Of a DNA stretch of 55,670 nucleotides, positions 7,699 through 17,550 are shown one piece after another. The DNA is from a virus (taxonomy: Duplodnaviria; Caudoviricetes), in the IMG/VR virus record IMGVR_UViG_3300001782_000010, positions 1-55,670 of that record. The stretch is one strand, 5' to 3'. Under the pieces are notes generated by a model. That model had not been told where the DNA came from. It did not search any database and worked only from the letters and a program-made list of their open reading frames with translations. A program made the translations under genes and the position numbers. Each line of letters opens with the position of its first letter. The first letter of the stretch is position 1.

Positions 7699-10635
7699 AT
7701 GCCGATAAGCAAGAAGTATTTAAAAGTTCTTAGATCAATGGTTTCTCAGTATTGTACATCTAAATATGGAGCAGATGGAAGAAGAGATAAATATGTACAG
7801 GGAATACATACATGTCCTAAAGCTAGACAGGTCTTTTATGCTAAAATGAGAAAAGAAGGGATAGATTATAGATTATCTGAATTATTAGAATTATTACATT
7901 CTAGAATTAAATGTTTTGAATGTAATCAACCTCCAACTATAGATGTCCTTTGGGCTGAAGGAATGGCTAGATGCTGGTTCTGTGATAAACATTTTGAAGA
8001 ATGGAAGAAAAAGAAATTTAAGATTAATGATCAAGTGGTAACTTATGGAAGTGAAATAAATAAAGTAAGAAAAGTTAAAGATGGAGAAGTACCTAAGAAA
8101 TGGTCAGACTGGTATAAATTATCTCTTGACACATTAGATATTGACCCTTTAAAGCCAAAGATATTTCCATCTAAAAAAATAGAAGAAATGAGTAATATAG
8201 AATTAGAATATGTACATGCATTAGTACATTCTATCAAACCTAAATTGTTTACTAAAGAATGTGGTTTACATTATAAAATAGTTAAAGAAATGACAAAAAG
8301 AAATTATTTACACATGTTTAAAGAAGGATATTTATGTGATAGAATAATTGAATGGGGAATTAAAGACTGGAAAACTTATAATCCTAAAAATATATCTGAT
8401 GCTGTTTTAAGAGATGATTGGAGAATAGTACATGCTTGGATGAAACTTGTCTGTCAAAAAGGAAAGAAATTAGAAAGTATACAATTTAAAGAATACTCTT
8501 TAGAACAACAGAAGAAAATAATAGGAGATTTAAGAGATAAAATAAGAAAGGAAATGATTGAAAGAGGATGGCAGCCTAAGAAATTATCTTTTAAACTTCC
8601 TTCTGGAATGAATATTGAAGATATTGATCCTCCATTTATTATGAATTTAAAAGATAAAGATCTTATTAGTTTATATAAATTTTTACATCAAGAATATAAG
8701 AAGCGAGGAAAAGTAACTGAAGATATATCTAATGCTAACATATTTATTGGTTTAGAACTTGTTAGAAGAAGACTTTATAATAAAAATAAAATTGATGACG
8801 ATCTTACAAAAGAGACTGAACTTGAAATAAGAGAATATCCAACACCAGAAGGATTCCCTAGGAAAGAACAGTCTTTAGAATGGAAAGAAATAGAGAAGAG
8901 AGGATATATTACTTTAGAAGATGTTCTTTCTGTTTTACCTGACCAGTTGATTATTAAAGGTACCGTTGAAAAACCAGTATCAATATATCTTATTGGAAGA
9001 ATTGTTAATGTTAAGAAAGTACCTTTAGATCATGATATAGACGTTCTTTTTAAAACAGAATTTATAGATCCTAAATTATTATATTCATTTTACGCTAGTA
9101 TACCAGTATGGTTATCTAAAATATTACATCCTGTTCCAGATATAAATGGACCAGAAATAGGTAATGCAATATTAATATATGAACCAGGAAATTATTTTTC
9201 ACATCCTAGCAGATTATCCTTTTCTATCAAAGTAGGAAGATCATTTGTTGGACTTAAAGCTAAATCAGGATTTCATAAATATGAGTTCTGGGATATTGAT
9301 GAAGCATATAAAAAAGCTGTTTCTCAGTATATTAGTAGAGGTCTAATTATAGATAAAAAATATGATGGTAGAAGATTTCAGATTCATTATGATAAAAGTG
9401 AAGGAATATTTAAAATTATTACTGAAGATCAACAGAGAGATAGAGCAGGAGCATTACCAAATATTTCTTCTGAGATAAAATCGTTTCTAGATAAGAAAGG
9501 AATTAAAAATGTTATATTAGATTCTGAAGCAGTAGCATATGATTGTACAGGAAAGAAAGTTAAAAATAAAGAAGACCTGTGTGATTTTATAGATAGAGAA
9601 AAAACAGCATGGTTAACTGTTGGAACGATTAGTTCAGAACAGGAAGAATCTGTTGTATTTCATGTACATGATATTTTATATTTAAATGATAAAACAGTCA
9701 ATGAATTGGGATATATAGATAGACAGAGATTATTTAGAAAATTAATAGGTGTAGGTACTCCTCATCTTCAGGTTGTTAAAAGTACAACTGCAGATAATGT
9801 TAAACAATTTATATCTGCTGTTAAAAGAATGAGATCCCTTCCTGGTTCAGAAGGTGTAATGATTAAAGTAAGTGACAGTAAATATAGAATAAAATATTCA
9901 GGAGAGAATAGAACATCTGAATGGATAAAAATCAAGAATCTTAAAGAAATAGATGTAATGGTATGGGAAAGAGTACCTATGAAGAGAAAAGAAACAGGTG
10001 AACCAACTGGAGCATTTAGGTATGAATCAGTATTTGAAATACCAAGTAATAAAAAAGGACAGTTTAGAGAAAGTGATATAGTTGAACATAAAGGAAAAAT
10101 ATATGCTAAAATAGGTCTAACATATGCTACTAATGATAGAAATAAAAGAGGAGATATTATAAGTGTTAGACAAATTAGGATTAGAAAAGATTATGATAAA
10201 AATAATAAAGTCTACTATACTTGGATGTTTCCTTTTTATGCTGGTAAAAGAACAGATAAGAAAGAACCTGATACTTTAACTACAGTAGATAGACTTGAAA
10301 GAATTGGTACTAAACCATTAGAAAGGAACAGTCTAGAAAGATGGTACAAAGATACTTTCAGAGAAGAACTAAAGTATAAAGAAATAATGGAAAGAATTAC
10401 TGATGAAAACATAGAAGATTATTTAGATTCAGATACCATAATTATATCTTTAAACAAATGTCCTTTCTATGATAAAACAAAAATATGTCCTTTCAGGGAA
10501 CGATTTAAAGGACCATATTTAACGAAAGTGTTAGAACAATACTTGGAATTTCCAATAAAATGTCATTTTGCTGATATGTTTATATGTAGATATGTCAAGA
10601 AATATTATTATCCATATAAAATAATAGAGATTTAA
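7699..10635 (+). CDS. Multidomain protein: zinc finger, helical repeats, Pol-beta-like nucleotidyltransferase-like domain and ATP-dependent DNA ligase
   Basis: Ligase motifs I KKYDGRR, III ILDSEAV, IIIa FHVHDILY, IV SEGVMIK and V WIKIK, followed by an OB-like region; NTase-like IYLIGRIV...HDIDVLF; CFEC/CWFC zinc finger. Confidence 0.85.
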   Translation: MPISKKYLKVLRSMVSQYCTSKYGADGRRDKYVQGIHTCPKARQVFYAKMRKEGIDYRLSELLELLHSRIKCFECNQPPTIDVLWAEGMARCWFCDKHFEEWKKKKFKINDQVVTYGSEINKVRKVKDGEVPKKWSDWYKLSLDTLDIDPLKPKIFPSKKIEEMSNIELEYVHALVHSIKPKLFTKECGLHYKIVKEMTKRNYLHMFKEGYLCDRIIEWGIKDWKTYNPKNISDAVLRDDWRIVHAWMKLVCQKGKKLESIQFKEYSLEQQKKIIGDLRDKIRKEMIERGWQPKKLSFKLPSGMNIEDIDPPFIMNLKDKDLISLYKFLHQEYKKRGKVTEDISNANIFIGLELVRRRLYNKNKIDDDLTKETELEIREYPTPEGFPRKEQSLEWKEIEKRGYITLEDVLSVLPDQLIIKGTVEKPVSIYLIGRIVNVKKVPLDHDIDVLFKTEFIDPKLLYSFYASIPVWLSKILHPVPDINGPEIGNAILIYEPGNYFSHPSRLSFSIKVGRSFVGLKAKSGFHKYEFWDIDEAYKKAVSQYISRGLIIDKKYDGRRFQIHYDKSEGIFKIITEDQQRDRAGALPNISSEIKSFLDKKGIKNVILDSEAVAYDCTGKKVKNKEDLCDFIDREKTAWLTVGTISSEQEESVVFHVHDILYLNDKTVNELGYIDRQRLFRKLIGVGTPHLQVVKSTTADNVKQFISAVKRMRSLPGSEGVMIKVSDSKYRIKYSGENRTSEWIKIKNLKEIDVMVWERVPMKRKETGEPTGAFRYESVFEIPSNKKGQFRESDIVEHKGKIYAKIGLTYATNDRNKRGDIISVRQIRIRKDYDKNNKVYYTWMFPFYAGKRTDKKEPDTLTTVDRLERIGTKPLERNSLERWYKDTFREELKYKEIMERITDENIEDYLDSDTIIISLNKCPFYDKTKICPFRERFKGPYLTKVLEQYLEFPIKCHFADMFICRYVKKYYYPYKIIEI

Positions 10636-10646
10636 GTTGATAAATA

Positions 10647-11339
10647 ATGTTACTAAAAAATAGTTACAATAAGTCAATATATATTATTAGAGAAGCTAGA
10701 ACAAGATTTACAAATTTAGCATTGATGTGGGGAGGAGGAAAAGATAGTACTTTAATGTTATATTTAACTAAAGAAGCTTTATATAATAATCTTCCATCAA
10801 TTATATTTCTTGATACTACATTTGCTTTTAGAGAAACTAAAGAATACATAAGAATTATATCTAAATTATGGAATTTTAATTTGATATATTTTCAGAATAG
10901 AGAAGCATTATCAAAAGGAATTAATCCTTGGAACTATTCTAAAATAGAATGTTGTACAAAATTAAAAACAGACGCTTTAAACCAATGTATACAAAAATAC
11001 AACTTTGATGGATTAATGTTTGGTATTAGATGGGATGAACATCCAATAAGGGGGAAAGAAAAATATTTTAGTTCTAGAGATGTTCCTTGTCATATGAGAG
11101 TACATCCAATATTACACTGGTCAGAAGAAGATGTCTGGAGATTTATAAAAAAATATAATATTCCTTATAATCCATTATATGATAGAATTATTAATGATAA
11201 AAAATATAAGTCTATAGGGTGTTATCCATGTACAAAACCTATTTCTCAAGAAGAATATTTAGAACTTGGAGAAAGAGGAGGAAGATCTTTAGATAAAGAA
11301 AAAATTATGGAGAGACTTCGTTCTCTAGGATATATGTGA
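10647..11339 (+). CDS. PAPS-reductase-family protein, CysD (sulfate adenylyltransferase small subunit)-like
   Basis: GGGKDS PP-loop, LDT, ECC, GIRWDE, RVHPILHW, SIGCYPCT and a C-terminal ERGGR...LGYM. Confidence 0.8.
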   Translation: MLLKNSYNKSIYIIREARTRFTNLALMWGGGKDSTLMLYLTKEALYNNLPSIIFLDTTFAFRETKEYIRIISKLWNFNLIYFQNREALSKGINPWNYSKIECCTKLKTDALNQCIQKYNFDGLMFGIRWDEHPIRGKEKYFSSRDVPCHMRVHPILHWSEEDVWRFIKKYNIPYNPLYDRIINDKKYKSIGCYPCTKPISQEEYLELGERGGRSLDKEKIMERLRSLGYM

Positions 11340-11340
11340 A

Positions 11341-11865
11341 ATGAAAATACATAATAAAATAAATCCTAGAAGTATATATACTTCTAAATATTTTGAAAAA
11401 GCTACTAAGACTTCTCATTTTGAATATATTAAATGGGCAATGTATCTGAAGAAATATCCAGATCCTATGTTAGAATTAGGATGTTATAAAGGAGAATTAG
11501 TTAAAGAATTACAATTAAGAAAAAAAGAAACATATGGTGTTGATTCTTCAAACTATGCTATTCAAAATATTATTTGCAAAGATATTCTTCAAGCTGATGC
11601 ACACTTTTTACCTTTTAAAAACAATTTTTTTGGTACAATATTCTCTTTTCAATTTTTAGAACATTTAAGTGTACCAGATATCTGCCTTAAAGATTGCTAC
11701 AGAATTTTAAGATCTGAAGGATATTTTCTAGCTAAATGGGGATGGGGACAAGATATTACTCATTTATCTGATCTTCGAGATGGATGGATAGGAAAACTTA
11801 AAAGATATTTTAAATATATTAAATATCATCAAGGTTTGTATGTCTTTCAGAAGGTAGACAAATGA
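11341..11865 (+). CDS. Class I SAM-dependent methyltransferase
   Basis: LELGCYKG, GVDSS, ADAHFLPF, FLEHL, RILRSEG. Confidence 0.85.
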   Translation: MKIHNKINPRSIYTSKYFEKATKTSHFEYIKWAMYLKKYPDPMLELGCYKGELVKELQLRKKETYGVDSSNYAIQNIICKDILQADAHFLPFKNNFFGTIFSFQFLEHLSVPDICLKDCYRILRSEGYFLAKWGWGQDITHLSDLRDGWIGKLKRYFKYIKYHQGLYVFQKVDK

Positions 11866-12851
11866 AGATATTAGTAACTGGTGGTGCAGGATTTATAGGT
11901 TCATATTTAACTGAATATCTATTAGGAAAAGGACATGAAGTAATAGTATGGGACGATTTAAGCACAGGAAGACAAGATAATTTAAAGAATGTTTATTCAA
12001 ATAAAAATTTACAGATGATAAAAGAAAATATTCTTAATTATTATACTCTAGAAAGTGGAAGTAAAGGCTGTGATATTATTTTTCATCTTGCTGCTCAATT
12101 AGAAATATTAGAAATGATGGATGATCCTTCTATAGATTTAACAGTTAATGGACAGGGAACATTGAATGTCTTAGAAGCTGCAAAAACAAATAAAGTTAAG
12201 AAAGTAGTATTTGCTAGTACATGTGGAGTATATGGAGAACCTAAATATATTCCTGTAGACGAAAAACATGTCCTTGAACCTCAGTGGCATTATGGAGCAT
12301 CAAAAATATTAGGAGAGAAATATTGTGGAGTTTATAGTAAATTATATAATATTCAGACAATTATTCTAAGATATGGTTATATTTATGGTCCAAGAGAATG
12401 GTTTGGAAGAGTTCATACCAGATTTATTAATAGAATACTAGATAATAAAAATCCTCTGGTATTTGTTCCAGGTACTCAAACTAGAGATTTCCTTAATGTT
12501 ATTGATTGTGCAAGAATAACAGCTGAACTAGGGTTAAGATGTATTCCGTCTTCTATTTTCAATGTAAGTTCAGGAAATAAAATAACTATTTCTAAACTAG
12601 CTAAATTATTAATAGAGATTTCAAATAAAGATCTAGAAATTAAAATGATAAATCCTGAACCTTACAAGATGGGAAGAAAACCATGTGAATTAAAACATGT
12701 ACAGTTAGATATTAACAAATTAAAACATTATATTGATGATCAAATTATTGATTTATATGACGGACTTGTTTCTGAATATGAATGGGCTAAAAAATATAGA
12801 CATATATATTGGAGAAATGCTGATGAGAAATATAATGATTTTATGTATTGA
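11862..12851 (+). CDS. NAD-dependent nucleotide-sugar epimerase/dehydratase (extended SDR)
   Basis: TGGAGFIG, HLAA, YGASK, TRDF. Confidence 0.92.
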   Translation: MKILVTGGAGFIGSYLTEYLLGKGHEVIVWDDLSTGRQDNLKNVYSNKNLQMIKENILNYYTLESGSKGCDIIFHLAAQLEILEMMDDPSIDLTVNGQGTLNVLEAAKTNKVKKVVFASTCGVYGEPKYIPVDEKHVLEPQWHYGASKILGEKYCGVYSKLYNIQTIILRYGYIYGPREWFGRVHTRFINRILDNKNPLVFVPGTQTRDFLNVIDCARITAELGLRCIPSSIFNVSSGNKITISKLAKLLIEISNKDLEIKMINPEPYKMGRKPCELKHVQLDINKLKHYIDDQIIDLYDGLVSEYEWAKKYRHIYWRNADEKYNDFMY

Positions 12852-13617
12852 TGGATTAGATCCAATTCTGGCTAGAGACTGTAAACTTGAATTTTTAAGA
12901 AGTATAGGAGATATTCAAGAAATAATAACTGGTAAAGATACTGGTGAAACTGTCTCTTATATATTCTCTGATAATATAGTTGATATGACTGAACATAGTA
13001 ACTATAACATTAAATCACATGAATTATTATGGAATAAAATTAATTGTAAATGGGGAATAGGAAATGTACCAACTATTCCAGTATTAAAAATATTTGGATG
13101 GTCTATTGTAGGATATTTTCGTCCTGGATCTTATCTTGCATATCCTTATTATATTGAAGATTATTTACGTTCAATAAATTATGAAGTTGATATACCAGTT
13201 AAAATAGGAGAATACTTGTTTTCACATTTACATTATCCTAGAATAATTAATAAAAGAACTAAAGCATTTAATTATTTATTAAAGGAATATCCTGTTGAAA
13301 TAGCATTTTTATGGTATAGATGTTTAGATGGAATTAATCATGAATATTGTATTGGTCCAGAAAAGAACATTGAAAAAATTTTAAAATGGTATGAAAGATT
13401 AGATTATGAAATATCAAAATTAAATACAAAGTTTGAAAAAATAATAATTTTTTCTGATCATGGTGTACCATCATATGCAGGTATATTTAAAAGATTAAAA
13501 GATAAACCTCATAGAGCAAAAGGAATATTTTTAAATAATATGAAATATAAAATAAAACATATTAGAGAACTTTATTACCTTATAGAAGAATTAGCTAAAG
13601 ATATTAAAGGAATTTAA
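12733..13617 (+). CDS. Alkaline phosphatase superfamily (nucleotide pyrophosphatase/sulfatase-like) protein; true start probably near 12817-12823
   Basis: ILCIDGLD, LDGINH, FSDHG, H-x-x-x-G-I-F. Confidence 0.75.
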   Translation: MMIKLLIYMTDLFLNMNGLKNIDIYIGEMLMRNIMILCIDGLDPILARDCKLEFLRSIGDIQEIITGKDTGETVSYIFSDNIVDMTEHSNYNIKSHELLWNKINCKWGIGNVPTIPVLKIFGWSIVGYFRPGSYLAYPYYIEDYLRSINYEVDIPVKIGEYLFSHLHYPRIINKRTKAFNYLLKEYPVEIAFLWYRCLDGINHEYCIGPEKNIEKILKWYERLDYEISKLNTKFEKIIIFSDHGVPSYAGIFKRLKDKPHRAKGIFLNNMKYKIKHIRELYYLIEELAKDIKGI

Positions 13618-13618
13618 A

Positions 13619-14572
13619 ATGAATATTGTATTTCTAGCTCTATATAATTCTGGAGGAATATTTGGTACTTTAACAAAGGCAATAAATAAATATACTGAAC
13701 ATCATGCAGATTTTATTTTAAAGAAAAGACATAGATATAAATTTGATTATGATATTTGTGAAACTGAAGGATACAAAAGAGAAGATGGAAACTCTTTTAA
13801 TAATGAAGATATTAAAAGAATATTGAATAATGCTGATGTAATTCATAGAAATATGTGTGCTGGTAGATTTTCTAGAATATTTGGAATAAATATAGAACCA
13901 TATTTCAATAATGTTAAAACTAGAGCCTTTCATTTTTCAGGATATGAACTTAGAAATCAGCCTGGAAGATGGGATCACTTGAAGGGAATAAAAATAGTAG
14001 ATAATTTGGATTTATTACAGTATATAAAGAATGGACACTGGCTTCCTAATCCAGTTCCTACTAATAATAAATTATATACTCCAGATCCTTTTAGATCCAT
14101 TTATACTTTAAGATTTTGTACTGATATTTCTGTACCTTCTAAATGGGGAGGACATAAAGGACTTAGCTTATATGCTGATATAATCAAAGACAAGATAAGA
14201 AAGTATAATAGTAAAGTTAGTTTAGACATTATTAATGAAGTAACTAGAAATGAATGTCTAGAAAGAAAAAGAAAATGTCATGTTTATGCAGGAGAATTAT
14301 TTTTACCTAATTATGAAAATTCAGTATTAGAATGTACTAGTCAGTCTTTAGTTATTATTAATAAACATATACTTCATCCTGAAATATATAATAATCCTCC
14401 ATTCATATTTATAGAAAAGAAAGATTTGGATAAAACAATAGAAAAGTTAATTAATACTCCAATGAAAGAAATATTTAATATAGGAAGAAAGACTAGAGAA
14501 TGGTGTGTATCATTTCATGATGATAAAATAGTAATTAAGAAATTAATATCGTTATATGAGGAATATAAATGA
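13619..14572 (+). CDS. Putative GT-B glycosyltransferase
   Basis: LPNPV, HKG, YENSVLEC and a C-terminal 'R..V..FH....V...L...Y' pattern of GT-B enzymes. Confidence 0.65.
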   Translation: MNIVFLALYNSGGIFGTLTKAINKYTEHHADFILKKRHRYKFDYDICETEGYKREDGNSFNNEDIKRILNNADVIHRNMCAGRFSRIFGINIEPYFNNVKTRAFHFSGYELRNQPGRWDHLKGIKIVDNLDLLQYIKNGHWLPNPVPTNNKLYTPDPFRSIYTLRFCTDISVPSKWGGHKGLSLYADIIKDKIRKYNSKVSLDIINEVTRNECLERKRKCHVYAGELFLPNYENSVLECTSQSLVIINKHILHPEIYNNPPFIFIEKKDLDKTIEKLINTPMKEIFNIGRKTREWCVSFHDDKIVIKKLISLYEEYK

Positions 14573-14814
14573 AAATAAAAGTTAAAAAACATTTTAGAAA
14601 TAATACAGAAGGATATGAATATTGGGAATATGATCATTTAAATAAAAAATGTACAAAGTGTTGTTTCTGTGGACTAGATAAAGGAGATAGAAAATTATTG
14701 TTATATCATGCTTGTACAGGAGAAGAAGAACATGCTGTTCAATGTCCTGAAATGTCTACATGTTTTGGAATGTTAGTTAAGAAAAGAACAAGTGAGATAA
14801 AAAATGATAAGTAA
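14569..14814 (+). CDS. Small cysteine-rich protein
   Basis: CTKCCFC plus three further Cys; overlaps both neighbours. Confidence 0.5.
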   Translation: MKIKVKKHFRNNTEGYEYWEYDHLNKKCTKCCFCGLDKGDRKLLLYHACTGEEEHAVQCPEMSTCFGMLVKKRTSEIKNDK

Positions 14815-15805
14815 CAAATATTCATATACCGCTGCTGGGATATTTCCTGCTAAATTATTAATACATCAAAAATTAAATGATTATACTAGAAAGTTTGGAA
14901 AAATATTTCCTATCCATATTCAATTAAATCCAACCAATAGATGTAATTTTAACTGTTTCTTCTGTTCTTGTGCAGGAAGAAAAAGAAATATAGAATTATC
15001 ATATAATGAAATTTATGATATTATGACCAAGTCAAAACAAGTTGGAGCAGAATCTGTAACTATCACAGGTGGAGGAGAACCTTTGATGCACAGAAAAATT
15101 CAAGAGATTATTCTTTCAATTGACCTTTTAGGAATTCAAATTGGTTTAGTTACAAATGGGACTTTATTAAAAAATCTTTCAACAGAAACTTTAGATAAAA
15201 TAGTCTGGTGTAGAATATCTTCTGGAGATAATGTGGAATATAGTAAATATGGAATGGGAAATGAAAAGTATAGAGATATGTTGGAAGAAATAGTTAATAG
15301 ATCTAATAAAACTGATTGGGCATTTAGTCATGTTCTATCTAGAGATCCAAATTATTATACTTTAGAACATGTTGTTAAATTTGCTAATAAACATAATTTT
15401 ACTCATGTAAGAATAGTGTCTGATCTTTTAGATCTAAAATATGTACCTAACATGAAAATTATAAAAGAACATTTAAGAAAAAGAAATATTGATGATAGTA
15501 AAGTCTTTTATCAAGGAAGAAAAGATTTTACTAGAGGAAAAAATCCTTGTTATATAAGTATTCTAAAACCAATAGTAGGAGCAGATGGTTGGATATATCC
15601 TTGTTGTGGTACACAATATGCTCTTAAAAATCCTTCAAAAGATTATGAATTTAGTATGAGGATGTGTAAAGCTACTGAAATTGATAAATTATATGAAGAA
15701 CAGAAATTTTTTGATGGTTCAGTTTGTGCAAGATGTTATTATCAGAACTATAACTGGGCTTTAGGTGTAATGTTATCTAAAATAGATCATGAGAAATTTG
15801 TATGA
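14804..15805 (+). CDS. Radical SAM protein with SPASM/Twitch-like C-terminus
   Basis: CNFNCFFC (CxxxCxxC), TGGGEP, VTNG, DGWIYPCC, CARC. Confidence 0.9.
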   Translation: MISNKYSYTAAGIFPAKLLIHQKLNDYTRKFGKIFPIHIQLNPTNRCNFNCFFCSCAGRKRNIELSYNEIYDIMTKSKQVGAESVTITGGGEPLMHRKIQEIILSIDLLGIQIGLVTNGTLLKNLSTETLDKIVWCRISSGDNVEYSKYGMGNEKYRDMLEEIVNRSNKTDWAFSHVLSRDPNYYTLEHVVKFANKHNFTHVRIVSDLLDLKYVPNMKIIKEHLRKRNIDDSKVFYQGRKDFTRGKNPCYISILKPIVGADGWIYPCCGTQYALKNPSKDYEFSMRMCKATEIDKLYEEQKFFDGSVCARCYYQNYNWALGVMLSKIDHEKFV

Positions 15806-16668
15806 AAGTAAATGTTGTAACTGTTAGTTCTGGATGGATCTTAGAAAAAATAGCTGATAGATTAATAGAGAACAATAATAAATTAAACACAAAAATGGAA
15901 ATGAGAAAATGTTATCAGCCAAATAATAAAGCAGATATTAATTATTATATTGATATTTACAACTGTTTCTGGAATAAATCTAAAATTAAAGATGTAGGAT
16001 ATTTTACTCATTTAGACAAAGATTCTGACAAAAGTTTTGAAGATCATTGGAAGTTATTAGATTATATAGTTCATAAAAATAGTTATTATTTAGATAGAAC
16101 AGCTAAATGGGGATATCCTAGAGAAAAGATGAAAGTAATAGTACCTCCAATAGATACTGAACAGTTTCATTTAAAGAAAATAACACTTGGGATAATTCAA
16201 AGAGGATATTATATTGGAAAAGGTCATCAGTTCATGCTTGATCTTCCTAAATATATTAATCTTAAAAACTTTAGATTTTTATTTATTGGACAAGGTTGGG
16301 ATCAAGTCTGTTCAGAATATAATAAAAGAAAAATTGCTTTTATGTATACTAGAAACGAGGATTATAATTTGTACAGGAAATATTATGAAATTATAGATTA
16401 TTTATTAGTTCCTTCTTTATGGGAAGGTGGACCAATGTGTATTCTAGAAGCTTTATCATGTGGTATTCCAATAATATCTAGTAAAGTAGGATTTGTACAT
16501 GATTTTAAGATTGATCATGTATTTGAACCAAACAATTATAAACAATTGATTAAGATTTTAAAAAATATAGAAAAAGAGAAACTGGAAAGAAGAGAACAAC
16601 TTAAAAATATCAATTGGAACAATTATATATTGGAACTATATAATATATTTAAAGAGGTTTTAAATTGA
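15802..16668 (+). CDS. GT4 family glycosyltransferase
   Basis: VPSLWEGGPMCILEALSCGIPIISSKVG (EX7E motif). Confidence 0.88.
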   Translation: MKVNVVTVSSGWILEKIADRLIENNNKLNTKMEMRKCYQPNNKADINYYIDIYNCFWNKSKIKDVGYFTHLDKDSDKSFEDHWKLLDYIVHKNSYYLDRTAKWGYPREKMKVIVPPIDTEQFHLKKITLGIIQRGYYIGKGHQFMLDLPKYINLKNFRFLFIGQGWDQVCSEYNKRKIAFMYTRNEDYNLYRKYYEIIDYLLVPSLWEGGPMCILEALSCGIPIISSKVGFVHDFKIDHVFEPNNYKQLIKILKNIEKEKLERREQLKNINWNNYILELYNIFKEVLN

Positions 16669-17099
16669 AAATAAATCTCGGATCAGGAAAAGATTATAGA
16701 AATGGGTTTGTTAATATAGAGAAAAATACTTTACTTAAAGCAGATATTCATTTAGATCTAGAAAAAGATAGATTACCTTTTAAAGATAGTTCGGTTGATT
16801 TTATTTTAATTAAACATACTCTGGAACATATTACTAATATTGTACATTTATTGAATGAATGTCATAGAATATTAAAGAAAGATGGAAATATACATATTGA
16901 AGTACCAAATGTAGCACACCCACAAGGAATTATAAGTGCATTTGGAGATATTTTTCATGTAAGATGTTTTAGTCCTTTTACTTTTACTATGCTTGGAGGA
17001 AGTTCAGACGATTACAGATTTAACAATCTTAAACCTTGGAATTTAATCAAATTAAGTTCTAATAGAGATATTATAGCTATTTTATCTCCTAGGAAATGA
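16665..17099 (+). CDS. SAM-dependent methyltransferase (type 11-like)
   Basis: INLGSG, LPFKDSSVD, HTLEH, ECHRILKKDG. Confidence 0.85.
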   Translation: MKINLGSGKDYRNGFVNIEKNTLLKADIHLDLEKDRLPFKDSSVDFILIKHTLEHITNIVHLLNECHRILKKDGNIHIEVPNVAHPQGIISAFGDIFHVRCFSPFTFTMLGGSSDDYRFNNLKPWNLIKLSSNRDIIAILSPRK

Positions 17100-17103
17100 T
17101 GAT

Positions 17104-17550
17104 ATGATTAAATTAAATTTAGGATGTGGAGCTAGATATCTTCAAGGATTTATAAATATTGATATTGACAGATCTTACAAAGCAGATCTATATCTTGATT
17201 TTGAGAGAGATGTTTTACCATATCAAGATAATTCTATAGATTATATTATAGCTATTCATACTTTAGAACATATTAATAATATATGGGATCTTTTAAATGA
17301 ATGTCATAGAGTTCTTAAACCAAACTGTATATTAGAAGTTGAAGTACCAAATATAGCTAATATTCCACAAGGATTATTAGATTCTGTAGAAAGTATGTCA
17401 CATATAAGATTTTTTGTACCTTCATCTTTTAAAACTATGACTACTGCAGGAACAAAAGCAGGAATAAAATATAATAAATTAAAAAGATGGAAGATAATAG
17501 AAATAAAACATAATAGAGCTATACATGTTAGGATGGTGCCTATAAAATGA
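17104..17550 (+). CDS. SAM-dependent methyltransferase, tandem paralog of 16665..17099
   Basis: LNLGCG, HTLEH, ECHRVLKP, EVPN shared with the upstream gene. Confidence 0.85.
   Translation: MIKLNLGCGARYLQGFINIDIDRSYKADLYLDFERDVLPYQDNSIDYIIAIHTLEHINNIWDLLNECHRVLKPNCILEVEVPNIANIPQGLLDSVESMSHIRFFVPSSFKTMTTAGTKAGIKYNKLKRWKIIEIKHNRAIHVRMVPIK

Noticed and set aside
10647-11339. DndC-type phosphorothioation or sulfur-assimilation auxiliary gene
   Set aside because: No other dnd/ssp or cys genes are present, the protein is too short for DndC, and it lacks the CysH catalytic tail.
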